Below, piece after piece: positions 29,394 through 37,988 of a stretch of DNA of 64,000 nucleotides. Made by a program: the position numbers and the translations under genes. Source of the stretch: Candidatus Bathyarchaeota archaeon. GTDB taxonomy: Archaea > Thermoproteota > Bathyarchaeia > Bathyarchaeales > Bathycorpusculaceae. Position 1 is the stretch's first letter. Every line of letters begins with the position of its first letter. Where the stretch lies: positions 1-64,000 of the forward strand of contig CAVTBV010000001.1 of assembly GCA_963733095.1 (NCBI GenBank), read 5' to 3'. The notes beneath the pieces are model-generated. The model was not told where the DNA came from and made no database searches. It saw only the letters and a program-made list of their open reading frames with translations.

Positions 29394-31073
29394 ATGAAGG
29401 TAAGTGTGAAGAGGCTTGATAGAGCTAAGATACTGCTCTTAGTCGCAACTATGTTCTTAGTACTGAGCGTGGTTCTATCGATAGTAAGCTTATTTCCTGT
29501 GGTTACAGGCAGCAACCAAAAAAACACATTCATAGACGATTCCTTTAGGCTAAGCCAAAACGAAGTGTACAGACAGGGCTTAGGAGCCTTCCGCCATGGA
29601 GAAAACATCTCACTAACAGTTGAATGCCAAACCGTTTTTATGAAGAACTTTTCCATCGTAACCTCCAACAACACAATCTACTCCAACCAAACAAACCAAA
29701 ACATAACCTGTACCTTCACGACGGGCACCAACTATTACGAAGTTATTTTCTACTCCAATGATTCAAACGCAAGTTGGATTCACTTCCAAGCAACTGTTGA
29801 GAAACCACAAGTCCTCTATCCACTCTCTTGGCTTAACACTTCAGCCAAAATCATGTTTATAATAAGCACAGTATCCGCTCTGGTAATCACCTTAAAGTTG
29901 ACTTATCCTAAGCTTACAGAGAAAAAAGAAACCACCTCTCATTTACCCTCCATCGACAAAACTTTCCGCAACTGTCTATTGGCTTTTCTTTTGCTATCGC
30001 TGATTCTTTGGCTGGTTTTTTTAGCATTGAACTCTAATCCGCTTGCAACGTTCAACAACTGGTACACTGACCACGTCAGAGACAATTATGTTTCCAGCCT
30101 GTTCCTCAAAGATGGCTTCTCAGTGTTTAACCAACCTTTAGGTACCCTCGCAAGCCAAGACCACTCCTACTACATGTTTGTAACTTGGCCCGAAATGCCC
30201 CATCTGTACCCATTAGGCAGCATCCTGGTTTTTCTACCCTTTGGCGCCCTGTTGCAGAGCGGCTTTGACCCCGTTTTGGTCTACAAACTAGAGATTGCCC
30301 TCTTCCTTGTCTTTGCTCACGTTTGCCTCTACTTCTTCCTCAGAGATTTTCTGAAGAAAAAGTCACATTTGTTCTGGAAAATCGCGGGACTCTACATCAT
30401 CTACGTGTCGCTGGTACTGTATGCAGCGGGAGGCATGTTTGATTCAATAGCATTCCTCTTTGCTCTGATTGCGGTCACGATGTTTTTGAGCGAACGGTAC
30501 GACTTCTTCTTTTTGTCCATGGGAGTTTCCGCCTTTTTCAAGTATCAGGCGGTCATTTTCCTCTTGCCACTCATAATCGTTGGTGTATTGAAGGTTCATG
30601 AAAAAAAGCTCCTTGGAAGCTTCATTCGAAATAAAACGGTTATCGTTAGCATTGTTTTAATGGTGGTTAGTGGGTTTACGGCTTTCTTGAGTGCGCCGTT
30701 TCTGATTCAAACTAGACAGGAGTTAGTTATGAACGTCATCAACGCTTTCGCGCCGCATGCCCAAATAAGCTGGAACTACCAATCTGCTGGGATTTTGTTG
30801 ACGCTTGTAGTCACATTGGTCTATGCAGCTTACATGCTTAACAAAAACAGTTTACTTTCCGTGTCCGCGATTTTTCTGCTTCTGCCCAGTTTTATGCTAC
30901 CGTACTTCCAATACTGGTACATTCCGTATTTTTTTGTGTATGCGCTGATTCCTCAACATAAAAAAGAGTTAGAAATCACTGTCCTGTGGCTGATGTTTAT
31001 GATTGTTATGCTTTGTTTTAGCGGTAATCCTCTGCAGATTTTTAGTTCCTTCCAAGGCATACTTAAAATCTAA
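29394..31073 (+). CDS. multi-pass membrane protein, probable GT-C (GT87/PIG-M-like) lipid-linked sugar transferase
   Basis: About 11-12 hydrophobic segments, luminal loop with WYTDH...YPLG, GMFD and FKYQ motifs; next to a Dpm1-like GT2. Confidence 0.6.
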   Translation: MKVSVKRLDRAKILLLVATMFLVLSVVLSIVSLFPVVTGSNQKNTFIDDSFRLSQNEVYRQGLGAFRHGENISLTVECQTVFMKNFSIVTSNNTIYSNQTNQNITCTFTTGTNYYEVIFYSNDSNASWIHFQATVEKPQVLYPLSWLNTSAKIMFIISTVSALVITLKLTYPKLTEKKETTSHLPSIDKTFRNCLLAFLLLSLILWLVFLALNSNPLATFNNWYTDHVRDNYVSSLFLKDGFSVFNQPLGTLASQDHSYYMFVTWPEMPHLYPLGSILVFLPFGALLQSGFDPVLVYKLEIALFLVFAHVCLYFFLRDFLKKKSHLFWKIAGLYIIYVSLVLYAAGGMFDSIAFLFALIAVTMFLSERYDFFFLSMGVSAFFKYQAVIFLLPLIIVGVLKVHEKKLLGSFIRNKTVIVSIVLMVVSGFTAFLSAPFLIQTRQELVMNVINAFAPHAQISWNYQSAGILLTLVVTLVYAAYMLNKNSLLSVSAIFLLLPSFMLPYFQYWYIPYFFVYALIPQHKKELEITVLWLMFMIVMLCFSGNPLQIFSSFQGILKI

Positions 31074-31154
31074 TCGAGAAAAATTAGTTTTTTTATCGGT
31101 ATAAGTTAAATTTAGGGTAATCGAGTATCTACTGTGTCAATCTGAGGGTAGGGT

Positions 31155-32390
31155 ATGGAGGCTTCTAGGGAATTCGTTTACCAAAAATTCGCCGAATACT
31201 ACCAAGACCCCCGTACAGTGATTCCGCCGGTCTCCCTTCCTGAGCAACGAGAATTCGGCTACCTCATGTTCAAGGAACGATTCATGGTTAGGCACCGAAG
31301 GTTCTCTGAATTCGAAAACCTAAGAGCCACACTCGCCGAAACCATACCCTCAGACGTTTACCACTCCTGCGCCTACTACCAAAACCCAGACTACGACATG
31401 GACAAAAAAGGCTGGATAGGCTCCGACTTGGTCTTCGACATAGACGCAGACCACATACCCACTTCATGCAATAAAATCCACGATGAATTCAGATGCGCAA
31501 AATGCGGTTTTGAAGGCCGAGGAATCACCCCAGAAATTTGCCCCTGTTGTGAAGCAACAAAGTTTGACACCAAAATTTGGGCCTGCGACTTGTGCATTCA
31601 ATCCGCCCGAGAAGAAACCGCCAAGCTCCTCGACATGTTGGAGAACGACTTTGGCTTTTCCCAAGATGAGCTGCACGTGTACTTTTCAGGCCATCGCGGC
31701 TACCACGTCCACATTGAGAACGAATCGGTAAGGTCACTGGATGCGATGGCGAGAAAGGAAATCGTTGATTACGTGACTGGGTTGGGGATTAGTATTCTCA
31801 ATAAAGAGGCAAAAGAGAAACGTGGCAGACGTGGAAAACGTTCCTCAGCGAAAAAGTTTAGTCTGCATGATTTCGGTTGGAACCGACGCTTGAAAGTGGG
31901 AATGCAGAATTTTCTTTTAAACGCCACCAAAGAAGACCTGAAAGCGGTTGGATTAAAGAACAAGGCTGTACTGCACAACAAGGACACCATCATTAAACGC
32001 GCCATCAACGAGGGCAGATGGGAAAGCATCAATGGCGTAAGCGAACAAACTTGGCTAAAACTAGCAGAATACATAAGAGAAACCCAATCCTCAAAAATCG
32101 ATACAGTCGTTACAACCGACATTCATCGCCTAATTCGAATGAACGGCACCTTACACGGCAAAACAGGACTAAAAAAAGTCGAGTTCCCCGCAAATAAATT
32201 GCAGGATTTTGACCCATTCACGGGAGCCGTAGCTTTTAAAAAGGGCACAGCTAAAGTGTTGGTGTTTGATGCGCCAGAGTTTAGGTTGAGTGGGGAAACG
32301 TTGGGTCCATACAAGAACCAGACTGTTGAGTTGCCTGTTGCTGCAGCGGTTATGCTAATATGTAAACGAAGAGCGGAGGTGGCAGAGTAA
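31155..32390 (+). CDS. priS: DNA primase small (catalytic) subunit with inserted Zn ribbon
   Basis: REFG, DLVFDIDAD, FSGHRGYH, IDTVVTTDIHRLIR, LHGKTG. Confidence 0.96.
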   Translation: MEASREFVYQKFAEYYQDPRTVIPPVSLPEQREFGYLMFKERFMVRHRRFSEFENLRATLAETIPSDVYHSCAYYQNPDYDMDKKGWIGSDLVFDIDADHIPTSCNKIHDEFRCAKCGFEGRGITPEICPCCEATKFDTKIWACDLCIQSAREETAKLLDMLENDFGFSQDELHVYFSGHRGYHVHIENESVRSLDAMARKEIVDYVTGLGISILNKEAKEKRGRRGKRSSAKKFSLHDFGWNRRLKVGMQNFLLNATKEDLKAVGLKNKAVLHNKDTIIKRAINEGRWESINGVSEQTWLKLAEYIRETQSSKIDTVVTTDIHRLIRMNGTLHGKTGLKKVEFPANKLQDFDPFTGAVAFKKGTAKVLVFDAPEFRLSGETLGPYKNQTVELPVAAAVMLICKRRAEVAE

Positions 32391-32983
32391 TGTACAAAGA
32401 ACTCTACGCGGCATGGCAAAGAGAAATCGACGACCCTACCCTTGGAGCGTTACCCTTAGACTTCTACGCCAAAATCGCCGAGTACCTACGGCGCATAAAA
32501 AACGAAGACCAGATTCTTGAAAAGAAATCTGTAAAAATGAACTTACTTGAACATGAAGCACAAAACGTTGGGCGGATGCTTGAAGAACTACTTGAGTCAA
32601 GGTACAGAAAAATCATCAAAACCATGACCAAAACCCAAAAGTTGCCATCTGAACTACTTACGGCTGAGGAAACCACGATGGGTCAAACCTTCGCCGACTT
32701 CACAAGGGCTTATCGCAAGTTTTCTGACGACTTAAAGCAGGGACAACTGACTGTTGAACCGATTAAAGTCAAAGTTAAAATCGAAGCTAACCCTGCTGCC
32801 GCGCCCGCACCCCAATCCCATAAACGGACAACCATACGGTTCCTGAAAAATATTCCAGCCATCATGGGTGCCGACCTGAAGTCATATGGCCCGTTTGTGG
32901 CAGAGGATGTTGCTTCGTTGCCGCCTCAAAACGCCCAAATTTTGGTTAAACAGGGCTTAGCTGTGCTAATTGAGGTTTCGTAG
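32390..32983 (+). CDS. GINS subunit (Gins15/Gins51 type)
   Basis: LPLDFY helical A domain plus C-terminal B domain (IRFLKNIPAIMGADLKSYGPF); follows priS. Confidence 0.88.
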   Translation: MYKELYAAWQREIDDPTLGALPLDFYAKIAEYLRRIKNEDQILEKKSVKMNLLEHEAQNVGRMLEELLESRYRKIIKTMTKTQKLPSELLTAEETTMGQTFADFTRAYRKFSDDLKQGQLTVEPIKVKVKIEANPAAAPAPQSHKRTTIRFLKNIPAIMGADLKSYGPFVAEDVASLPPQNAQILVKQGLAVLIEVS

Positions 32984-34060
32984 TTTTCTGTTTTTGATTT
33001 TCCTCCATAAACCTAAGCATCCCATAATAATCAGCGGGTAAGAAATAATCCATGCCATCGCATACAGGGGACCATAATAATAGTGGAATGCTTGTACCTG
33101 TGGAGAGTCAACGCCATACTGGACGCCAATAGTGAAGATAGTTGCAATTCGCAAGACATTGATAAAGTATGTAATTGCAGCGCCGAAAGCGAAGAATCCT
33201 ATTTTGGCTTTCCAAGAAATATTCATTCGCTTCAAAAACAGCAGAGCCACAGCCGTAAATATAAGCAGGCTCTCTATACCTGCACAAGGCCACGCTACCG
33301 CAAACTTGGCCGTCCCCAAAGCGCCAGTAACTTGCAAGGTCGGCATCCCTGTTCCGATTTCGATTCCCTGTACAACGCCGTATCCCATCAACCCCAAAAC
33401 GCCAGCCGCAAGAGAAGCCGTTGTGGGAACAAGAATCTGGAAGGGCGTGAATTGTCCATATGGAAAGAAGTTGTCGATGGTATAGATAACTCCGACTAAT
33501 GCTACAAAGAGGGCGGGCAAAGCAAAACCCGTCAAACCTTTCTTCCCAAACGAGAGATAAACTGTCACACAAAAGACAAGCGAAAAAACGAGGTACTCGA
33601 GTGCAAGCGGCATAGAATCAGCGAAGGCAACGCCGCTTTGTGTTGCCCAGCTTGCAATGGCACCGTTTAGCCCCAAATAATACTCGAACACAACGTATAT
33701 GGTGGGAAACAGCAAAACAACGCCAAACGCGACAACGCCAGACTTATTTTGCTTATTTATCTTTAGCTTGATAGTTTCCCAACTTAAAATAAACTCCAAA
33801 GCTACCAGCCAAACGAAGAATAACTGGAACGTTCGGCCCTTCCACATCAACTGAAAAGAATCCTGAGCAGAAACCTTCAGGAACGAATCCATCGGATTTA
33901 GAAGAAACAGTAGAACTAATGGAGCCGTGAAGGCGATGAGCGGCAGAATTTTTATGAGACTGTCTGTAGGGACTTTACTTTTTACCGAAGTTGAGTCGTT
34001 ATTCATGCCACGCACTACCTTATCGAAGTAGTCTCGATTTAAAAAGAATGTCCTATCCAC
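32966..34060 (-). CDS. archaeosortase/exosortase family membrane transpeptidase
   Basis: Multi-TM protein with PCAGIES (Cys), NVLRI (Arg) and FH (His) triad. Confidence 0.85.
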   Translation of the reverse strand: MDRTFFLNRDYFDKVVRGMNNDSTSVKSKVPTDSLIKILPLIAFTAPLVLLFLLNPMDSFLKVSAQDSFQLMWKGRTFQLFFVWLVALEFILSWETIKLKINKQNKSGVVAFGVVLLFPTIYVVFEYYLGLNGAIASWATQSGVAFADSMPLALEYLVFSLVFCVTVYLSFGKKGLTGFALPALFVALVGVIYTIDNFFPYGQFTPFQILVPTTASLAAGVLGLMGYGVVQGIEIGTGMPTLQVTGALGTAKFAVAWPCAGIESLLIFTAVALLFLKRMNISWKAKIGFFAFGAAITYFINVLRIATIFTIGVQYGVDSPQVQAFHYYYGPLYAMAWIISYPLIIMGCLGLWRKIKNRKLRNLN

Positions 34061-34116
34061 ATCAATTAATCGATTCTTTGGTTGAGAGCAAAAATAAAGA
34101 AAAAAGTAGGAACTGC

Positions 34117-34473
34117 TTAGCTATACTCTCTAAATGTGTAATTGCATTTAGTGCAGCGCATAAACTGGGTGGAAGACTCATCTGCTCCGCGAGTTTGAAC
34201 TTGCCAAACATAAGCCGTATTGTTCCCACACCTTGGACACTCAATACGAGCAGTCGGCAACGTGTTCAACTTCTGCTCCTCTTTACCAATCACAGCTACA
34301 AACTGCTGAGGAGAATGCTGAATAACTTTGGGTGACAATTTAGGCTCAACTTTTTTGTCTGCTTCGGGTTTTTTGTAGCCGCATTTGGGGCAGGCAAGAA
34401 CCAAAGTTGCTTCTTTTCCACTCTTAGATTTCTTTGGTTCAAGACGTGAACCGCATTTTGGGCAGAATTCCAT
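34117..34473 (-). CDS. tfs: transcription factor S (TFS/RpoM)
   Basis: MEFCPKCG...CPKCG; CPRCG...QTRGADE...CTKC; GAGGT SD before ATG 34473. Confidence 0.95.
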   Translation of the reverse strand: MEFCPKCGSRLEPKKSKSGKEATLVLACPKCGYKKPEADKKVEPKLSPKVIQHSPQQFVAVIGKEEQKLNTLPTARIECPRCGNNTAYVWQVQTRGADESSTQFMRCTKCNYTFREYS

Positions 34474-34546
34474 ATACCTCAATCCACATCCGTTTTGGGA
34501 TTCCCTTAGCTTTGTACCTTTTAAACTTTTTCTAATTCGCCCAACG

Positions 34547-35146
34547 TCAGTCGGTGACGCCGGAAGCGATAAGATGCGCCACACGCAGCGGTTCGGGCAA
34601 ACTTGACCTTGTTGAAGTTAACTTTATTATGTCTTTTGCGTCGTTAAGTGAAAGTCCAGCGAGCTCCACGTAGACTTTAGCGTCTTTGTTGGTTATCTCA
34701 TGGATTTCGCCCGCTTCAAGAACAATACGCCATCGCTCTTCACTCTGAGGCAAATTCTTGAGTGCTGAACAAACCGCATCCAAATCTGGCTTATCATGCG
34801 TCAAAGCAATAACAGGCAGCCCAGTTGCCGAACTCAATTTTTTAATGTCAACCACGTTAAAGCCTGCATATGTTATTCCGTTCAACATAATTAACCGCAA
34901 CTGTCCACGGTGGGGGGAAGCGTTAATCATTGAGGCAAACTGCTCATTGGCATCTAAACCGTCAATTGCAATTGTTGTATGCATAATGCCGTCAACGGAG
35001 TAGCCACCGCGAAAAACGACACCTACGACAATCACGCTGCCCTTGGTATGTGGAATAAATTTTCCATCATCTATTCCGAGCACTCGAATTTCCGGTTTTA
35101 TAACTCGAAATTCTTTTCGGCGACTCAAAGCGTCTCCCTTAAACAC
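34547..35146 (-). CDS. DUF99 family (endonuclease V-like) protein
   Basis: RVLGIDDG, GITYAGFNVVD, PEPLRVAHLIA. Confidence 0.9.
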   Translation of the reverse strand: MFKGDALSRRKEFRVIKPEIRVLGIDDGKFIPHTKGSVIVVGVVFRGGYSVDGIMHTTIAIDGLDANEQFASMINASPHRGQLRLIMLNGITYAGFNVVDIKKLSSATGLPVIALTHDKPDLDAVCSALKNLPQSEERWRIVLEAGEIHEITNKDAKVYVELAGLSLNDAKDIIKLTSTRSSLPEPLRVAHLIASGVTD

Positions 35147-35251
35147 AGGATAGTAAGGAGACTTTTAATTTAAAACCAACTATCAAGAAACGTCAAGGAA
35201 ATCAGGCATTAAGCAGAATAAAATAAAAAGAAATAAAAAAAGCTAGTTTGA

Positions 35252-35533
35252 TTAAGCTTTGAGGACGCGTTCAAGCTCTTTGCTGAATGCATCGTTTGAT
35301 TCTCGAACTTTTTGTGTAGCCTCAATCAATGCGTCTTCGGGTTTGTTGTCGCCTTTCATTCTAATGTAGATGATGGGGCTTGAAGCTAATGGATGTGGTA
35401 TGTCGTAGCCGGCGAACTCTACTTTTTTGTCGTCTAGGAGTCGCTTGGCTATTAAGTTGCAGAGACCGTGGCTTGAGCCTACGATTTCGATCTTGAGTTC
35501 GTTTTCGGATTTTTTTAACACTTTAACGTTCAT
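35252..35533 (-). CDS. rpoL: RNA polymerase subunit L (Rpo11)
   Basis: HGLCNL, FAGYDIPHPL; conserved csl4-rpoL-DUF99-tfs order. Confidence 0.93.
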   Translation of the reverse strand: MNVKVLKKSENELKIEIVGSSHGLCNLIAKRLLDDKKVEFAGYDIPHPLASSPIIYIRMKGDNKPEDALIEATQKVRESNDAFSKELERVLKA

Positions 35534-35549
35534 TATGTTTTTCGCCTTG

Positions 35550-36131
35550 TTAAACTTGTTCTTTGCCGTAATCTGGAGCTATTTTACGTGTTTCGACGTT
35601 GCCGTCCTTTGGGCATTTGAGGTCGTACCCGTTCTGCTCAAGCAGGGTGCCGCATCGTGAACAGAACCCGTACAAGACACCCAAGCCCTTATCGTTCATC
35701 GATAAGTGATAGACTTGGTTTTTGTCGCTTATGACTTTAGCTCGTATGATGTCGCCTGGCTTACATACATCGCTTATTTGGTCAACGTACCTGTCAGAAA
35801 CATCCGAAACATGCAAAATACCTCCAAAGTTCCCTGAGAGCTTCTTGTTTCCAATCCTGAATATTTTTACTAAGACATTGTCAGATTGTGCGTTACCGAC
35901 TTGTCCGACGACAACTGTCGAAACCTTTGGCACAACTACGCGCTCAACAACTGGATAAACAGAGACACGCCTGGTTTGCAAGTCTACTAGTGAACGACCA
36001 ACAACCTTTGAGAAGATAACACCGTCTTTAACGTATGTTCCAGCGTCAGGAACGAATTCTTCAATAACGCCCAGGCGTTCGCCAGGCAATACTAAATGAC
36101 CGCTTTTTTGTTCTGGAGATTTTAAGCTCAT
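35550..36131 (-). CDS. csl4: exosome RNA-binding subunit Csl4
   Basis: VLPGERLGVIEEF, S1 domain GDIIRAKV, CSRCG..CPKDG..ETRKIA; start moved to ATG 36131. Confidence 0.93.
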   Translation of the reverse strand: MSLKSPEQKSGHLVLPGERLGVIEEFVPDAGTYVKDGVIFSKVVGRSLVDLQTRRVSVYPVVERVVVPKVSTVVVGQVGNAQSDNVLVKIFRIGNKKLSGNFGGILHVSDVSDRYVDQISDVCKPGDIIRAKVISDKNQVYHLSMNDKGLGVLYGFCSRCGTLLEQNGYDLKCPKDGNVETRKIAPDYGKEQV

Positions 36132-36261
36132 GATGGTTCCCTTTACTTGTAAATAAGCTTGATTTTGATAAATGCATATGCTTAGTTTCGATTCTGCGCA
36201 ATAAACCTTTTGATTAATAAACAAAAAACAGTTTTTTTCAGGCCAATAAGAAATAGGATGG

Positions 36262-36951
36262 CTACTTTTTAATGATGTACAAGTCAACGACGAAGTCATA
36301 TCGTGCCTTTCTGTGGAAATCAAACATACGTGGGATAGTCATGAGCATAGCGTAGACGCCGGTGACTGTGCCACCTTGTTTTGCCACGAACCTTTCCAAA
36401 AAAGGAGAAGCAGGAACCTGCAAAAATCCTTGGCTGGCTTTTAGCTGCTTTATCAATCGAGTGTCTACCTCGGGGTGGTTGTGAAGTGAGTAAACGGAAT
36501 CTGCGAATTCAAGGGCTTTTTCTAAGAATACCCTATCAGCCTCGCGTCTTTGCACTCCAAAAGGGGGATTCTGCAGAACAGTATCGAAGCATCCATTGAC
36601 TGCGTTTATGTCGCCAAGAACCCATTGCACATCACCCAAGCCAGCTCTCTTAGAGTTTGCGGATGCAGTTTGAACGGCTAATCTATCGATGTCAACACCC
36701 ACAACCTCCTCGGCTTCAAGGTACAAAGCACCTAAAGCAAGCCTACCTGTTCCGCACGCTAAATCCAAAACAGACTTCCCCACGATATCATCGTTTGCGT
36801 AGGCGGCGATATACAACATGTTTGCAGCTATCTGGACCGAGAGCGTGTACTGTTCCAAATGAACTTTCGGGTTAGGCTGCACGGTAACTGTTGAGAGGAA
36901 CCGTTCCAAGTCTAGTTTTCGAATAAGCCTTTTTTGAGCATTTTCTCCCAT
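36262..36951 (-). CDS. METTL5-like rRNA N6-adenine methyltransferase
   Basis: LEQY, DLACGTG, NPPFG, YSLH, FHRK. Confidence 0.9.
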   Translation of the reverse strand: MGENAQKRLIRKLDLERFLSTVTVQPNPKVHLEQYTLSVQIAANMLYIAAYANDDIVGKSVLDLACGTGRLALGALYLEAEEVVGVDIDRLAVQTASANSKRAGLGDVQWVLGDINAVNGCFDTVLQNPPFGVQRREADRVFLEKALEFADSVYSLHNHPEVDTRLIKQLKASQGFLQVPASPFLERFVAKQGGTVTGVYAMLMTIPRMFDFHRKARYDFVVDLYIIKK

Positions 36952-37913
36952 GAAACCTCGCCGCAAACCACCATAAACTCGTTAGCCGTCAAAACAGGTT
37001 TCCCGAACTTTCCTGTGGCTTCAAGTGAAACCCGTGGGCAAGCCGTGTTAACATAGGCGTCTATGGAGGGGAATTCTAAAAGGGTCTCGGGGTTAATTTC
37101 CCTTGCCGCCAACAAATATGCGGTTTTGCCTTTTTTCTCCGCCAACTCCTTTAGCTGCAATGCGTTATCGAGATGTTTTTGTCCTAGTTTTAAACCTACA
37201 AAAATTCCGAATTTCTTTGCTTCTTTGGCTTCTTGGATGCTTGCAAAGCGCTGTTTGAGAACCTTTTGAGCCTCGGCACTGATTGGGTAAGCCCTGTTGT
37301 CGTAGGGGTCTGCGATTATTGTCAACTTGGAAGTGCTCAGGGCGATGCCGAGTGCGTGGAACATGCCGCCGCCGACAAAAAGGAAAACCTCAACTTCGTC
37401 GGCTATTGATTTGGCGTTGCTGTAGTTGCAGCCGCTAACTTGTCCTGGGTAGCCCATTTGTCCACTGTCTCCGATGATGACGATTTTTCCTGCGCGAGTC
37501 AGAATTTCTCTTGCTTGATTCAACAGTTGCAGGTGCTGAATGGATGTTGCTAAACCAACCCTATTGTAGTCTTTCAATAGTTCGAGCGATTGTTCAGCTA
37601 CCGTGTCGATTGTAATTGTGGCCCTTGTTTCCACATAAATCGTTGGAATCGGCTCATGCTTAACCATCTTGGCATGTCCAAAATGAACGATTAAATCCAC
37701 CCCCAAACTCTCCGCTTCACTAACCGCAATGTCGCAGGCCCCGTAGCAGGGGTCAGCAGAAATAATTGCGAGCGCCCCACATTTCTCGACGAATTTTGCA
37801 AGCTTGGGACCTACAGGTTTTAATCCTTCAGGCATCTGAAGCAGAACACGTTTGGCACCTAATTTGGTGATTTCTTGTCTAATTCTTTCCTCTTCAAAAT
37901 CAAAACCTAACAT
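36912..37913 (-). CDS. dph2: diphthamide biosynthesis enzyme Dph2
   Basis: LQMPEGLK, CYGACD, HFGH, GC, TACPR. Confidence 0.95.
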   Translation of the reverse strand: MLGFDFEEERIRQEITKLGAKRVLLQMPEGLKPVGPKLAKFVEKCGALAIISADPCYGACDIAVSEAESLGVDLIVHFGHAKMVKHEPIPTIYVETRATITIDTVAEQSLELLKDYNRVGLATSIQHLQLLNQAREILTRAGKIVIIGDSGQMGYPGQVSGCNYSNAKSIADEVEVFLFVGGGMFHALGIALSTSKLTIIADPYDNRAYPISAEAQKVLKQRFASIQEAKEAKKFGIFVGLKLGQKHLDNALQLKELAEKKGKTAYLLAAREINPETLLEFPSIDAYVNTACPRVSLEATGKFGKPVLTANEFMVVCGEVSWEKMLKKGLFEN

Positions 37914-37988
37914 ACTTTGCCTTCACTTTTTTTATAAAAGAAAATAAAATGAGAAAAGAATAGTTCAGTGGTTGCATGGACTTATGGC

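Noticed and set aside
36132-36323. N-terminal extensions on the track's Csl4, TFS, RpoP and MazG ORFs
   Set aside because: They overlap neighbouring genes or promoters. Downstream ATGs give family-typical lengths.
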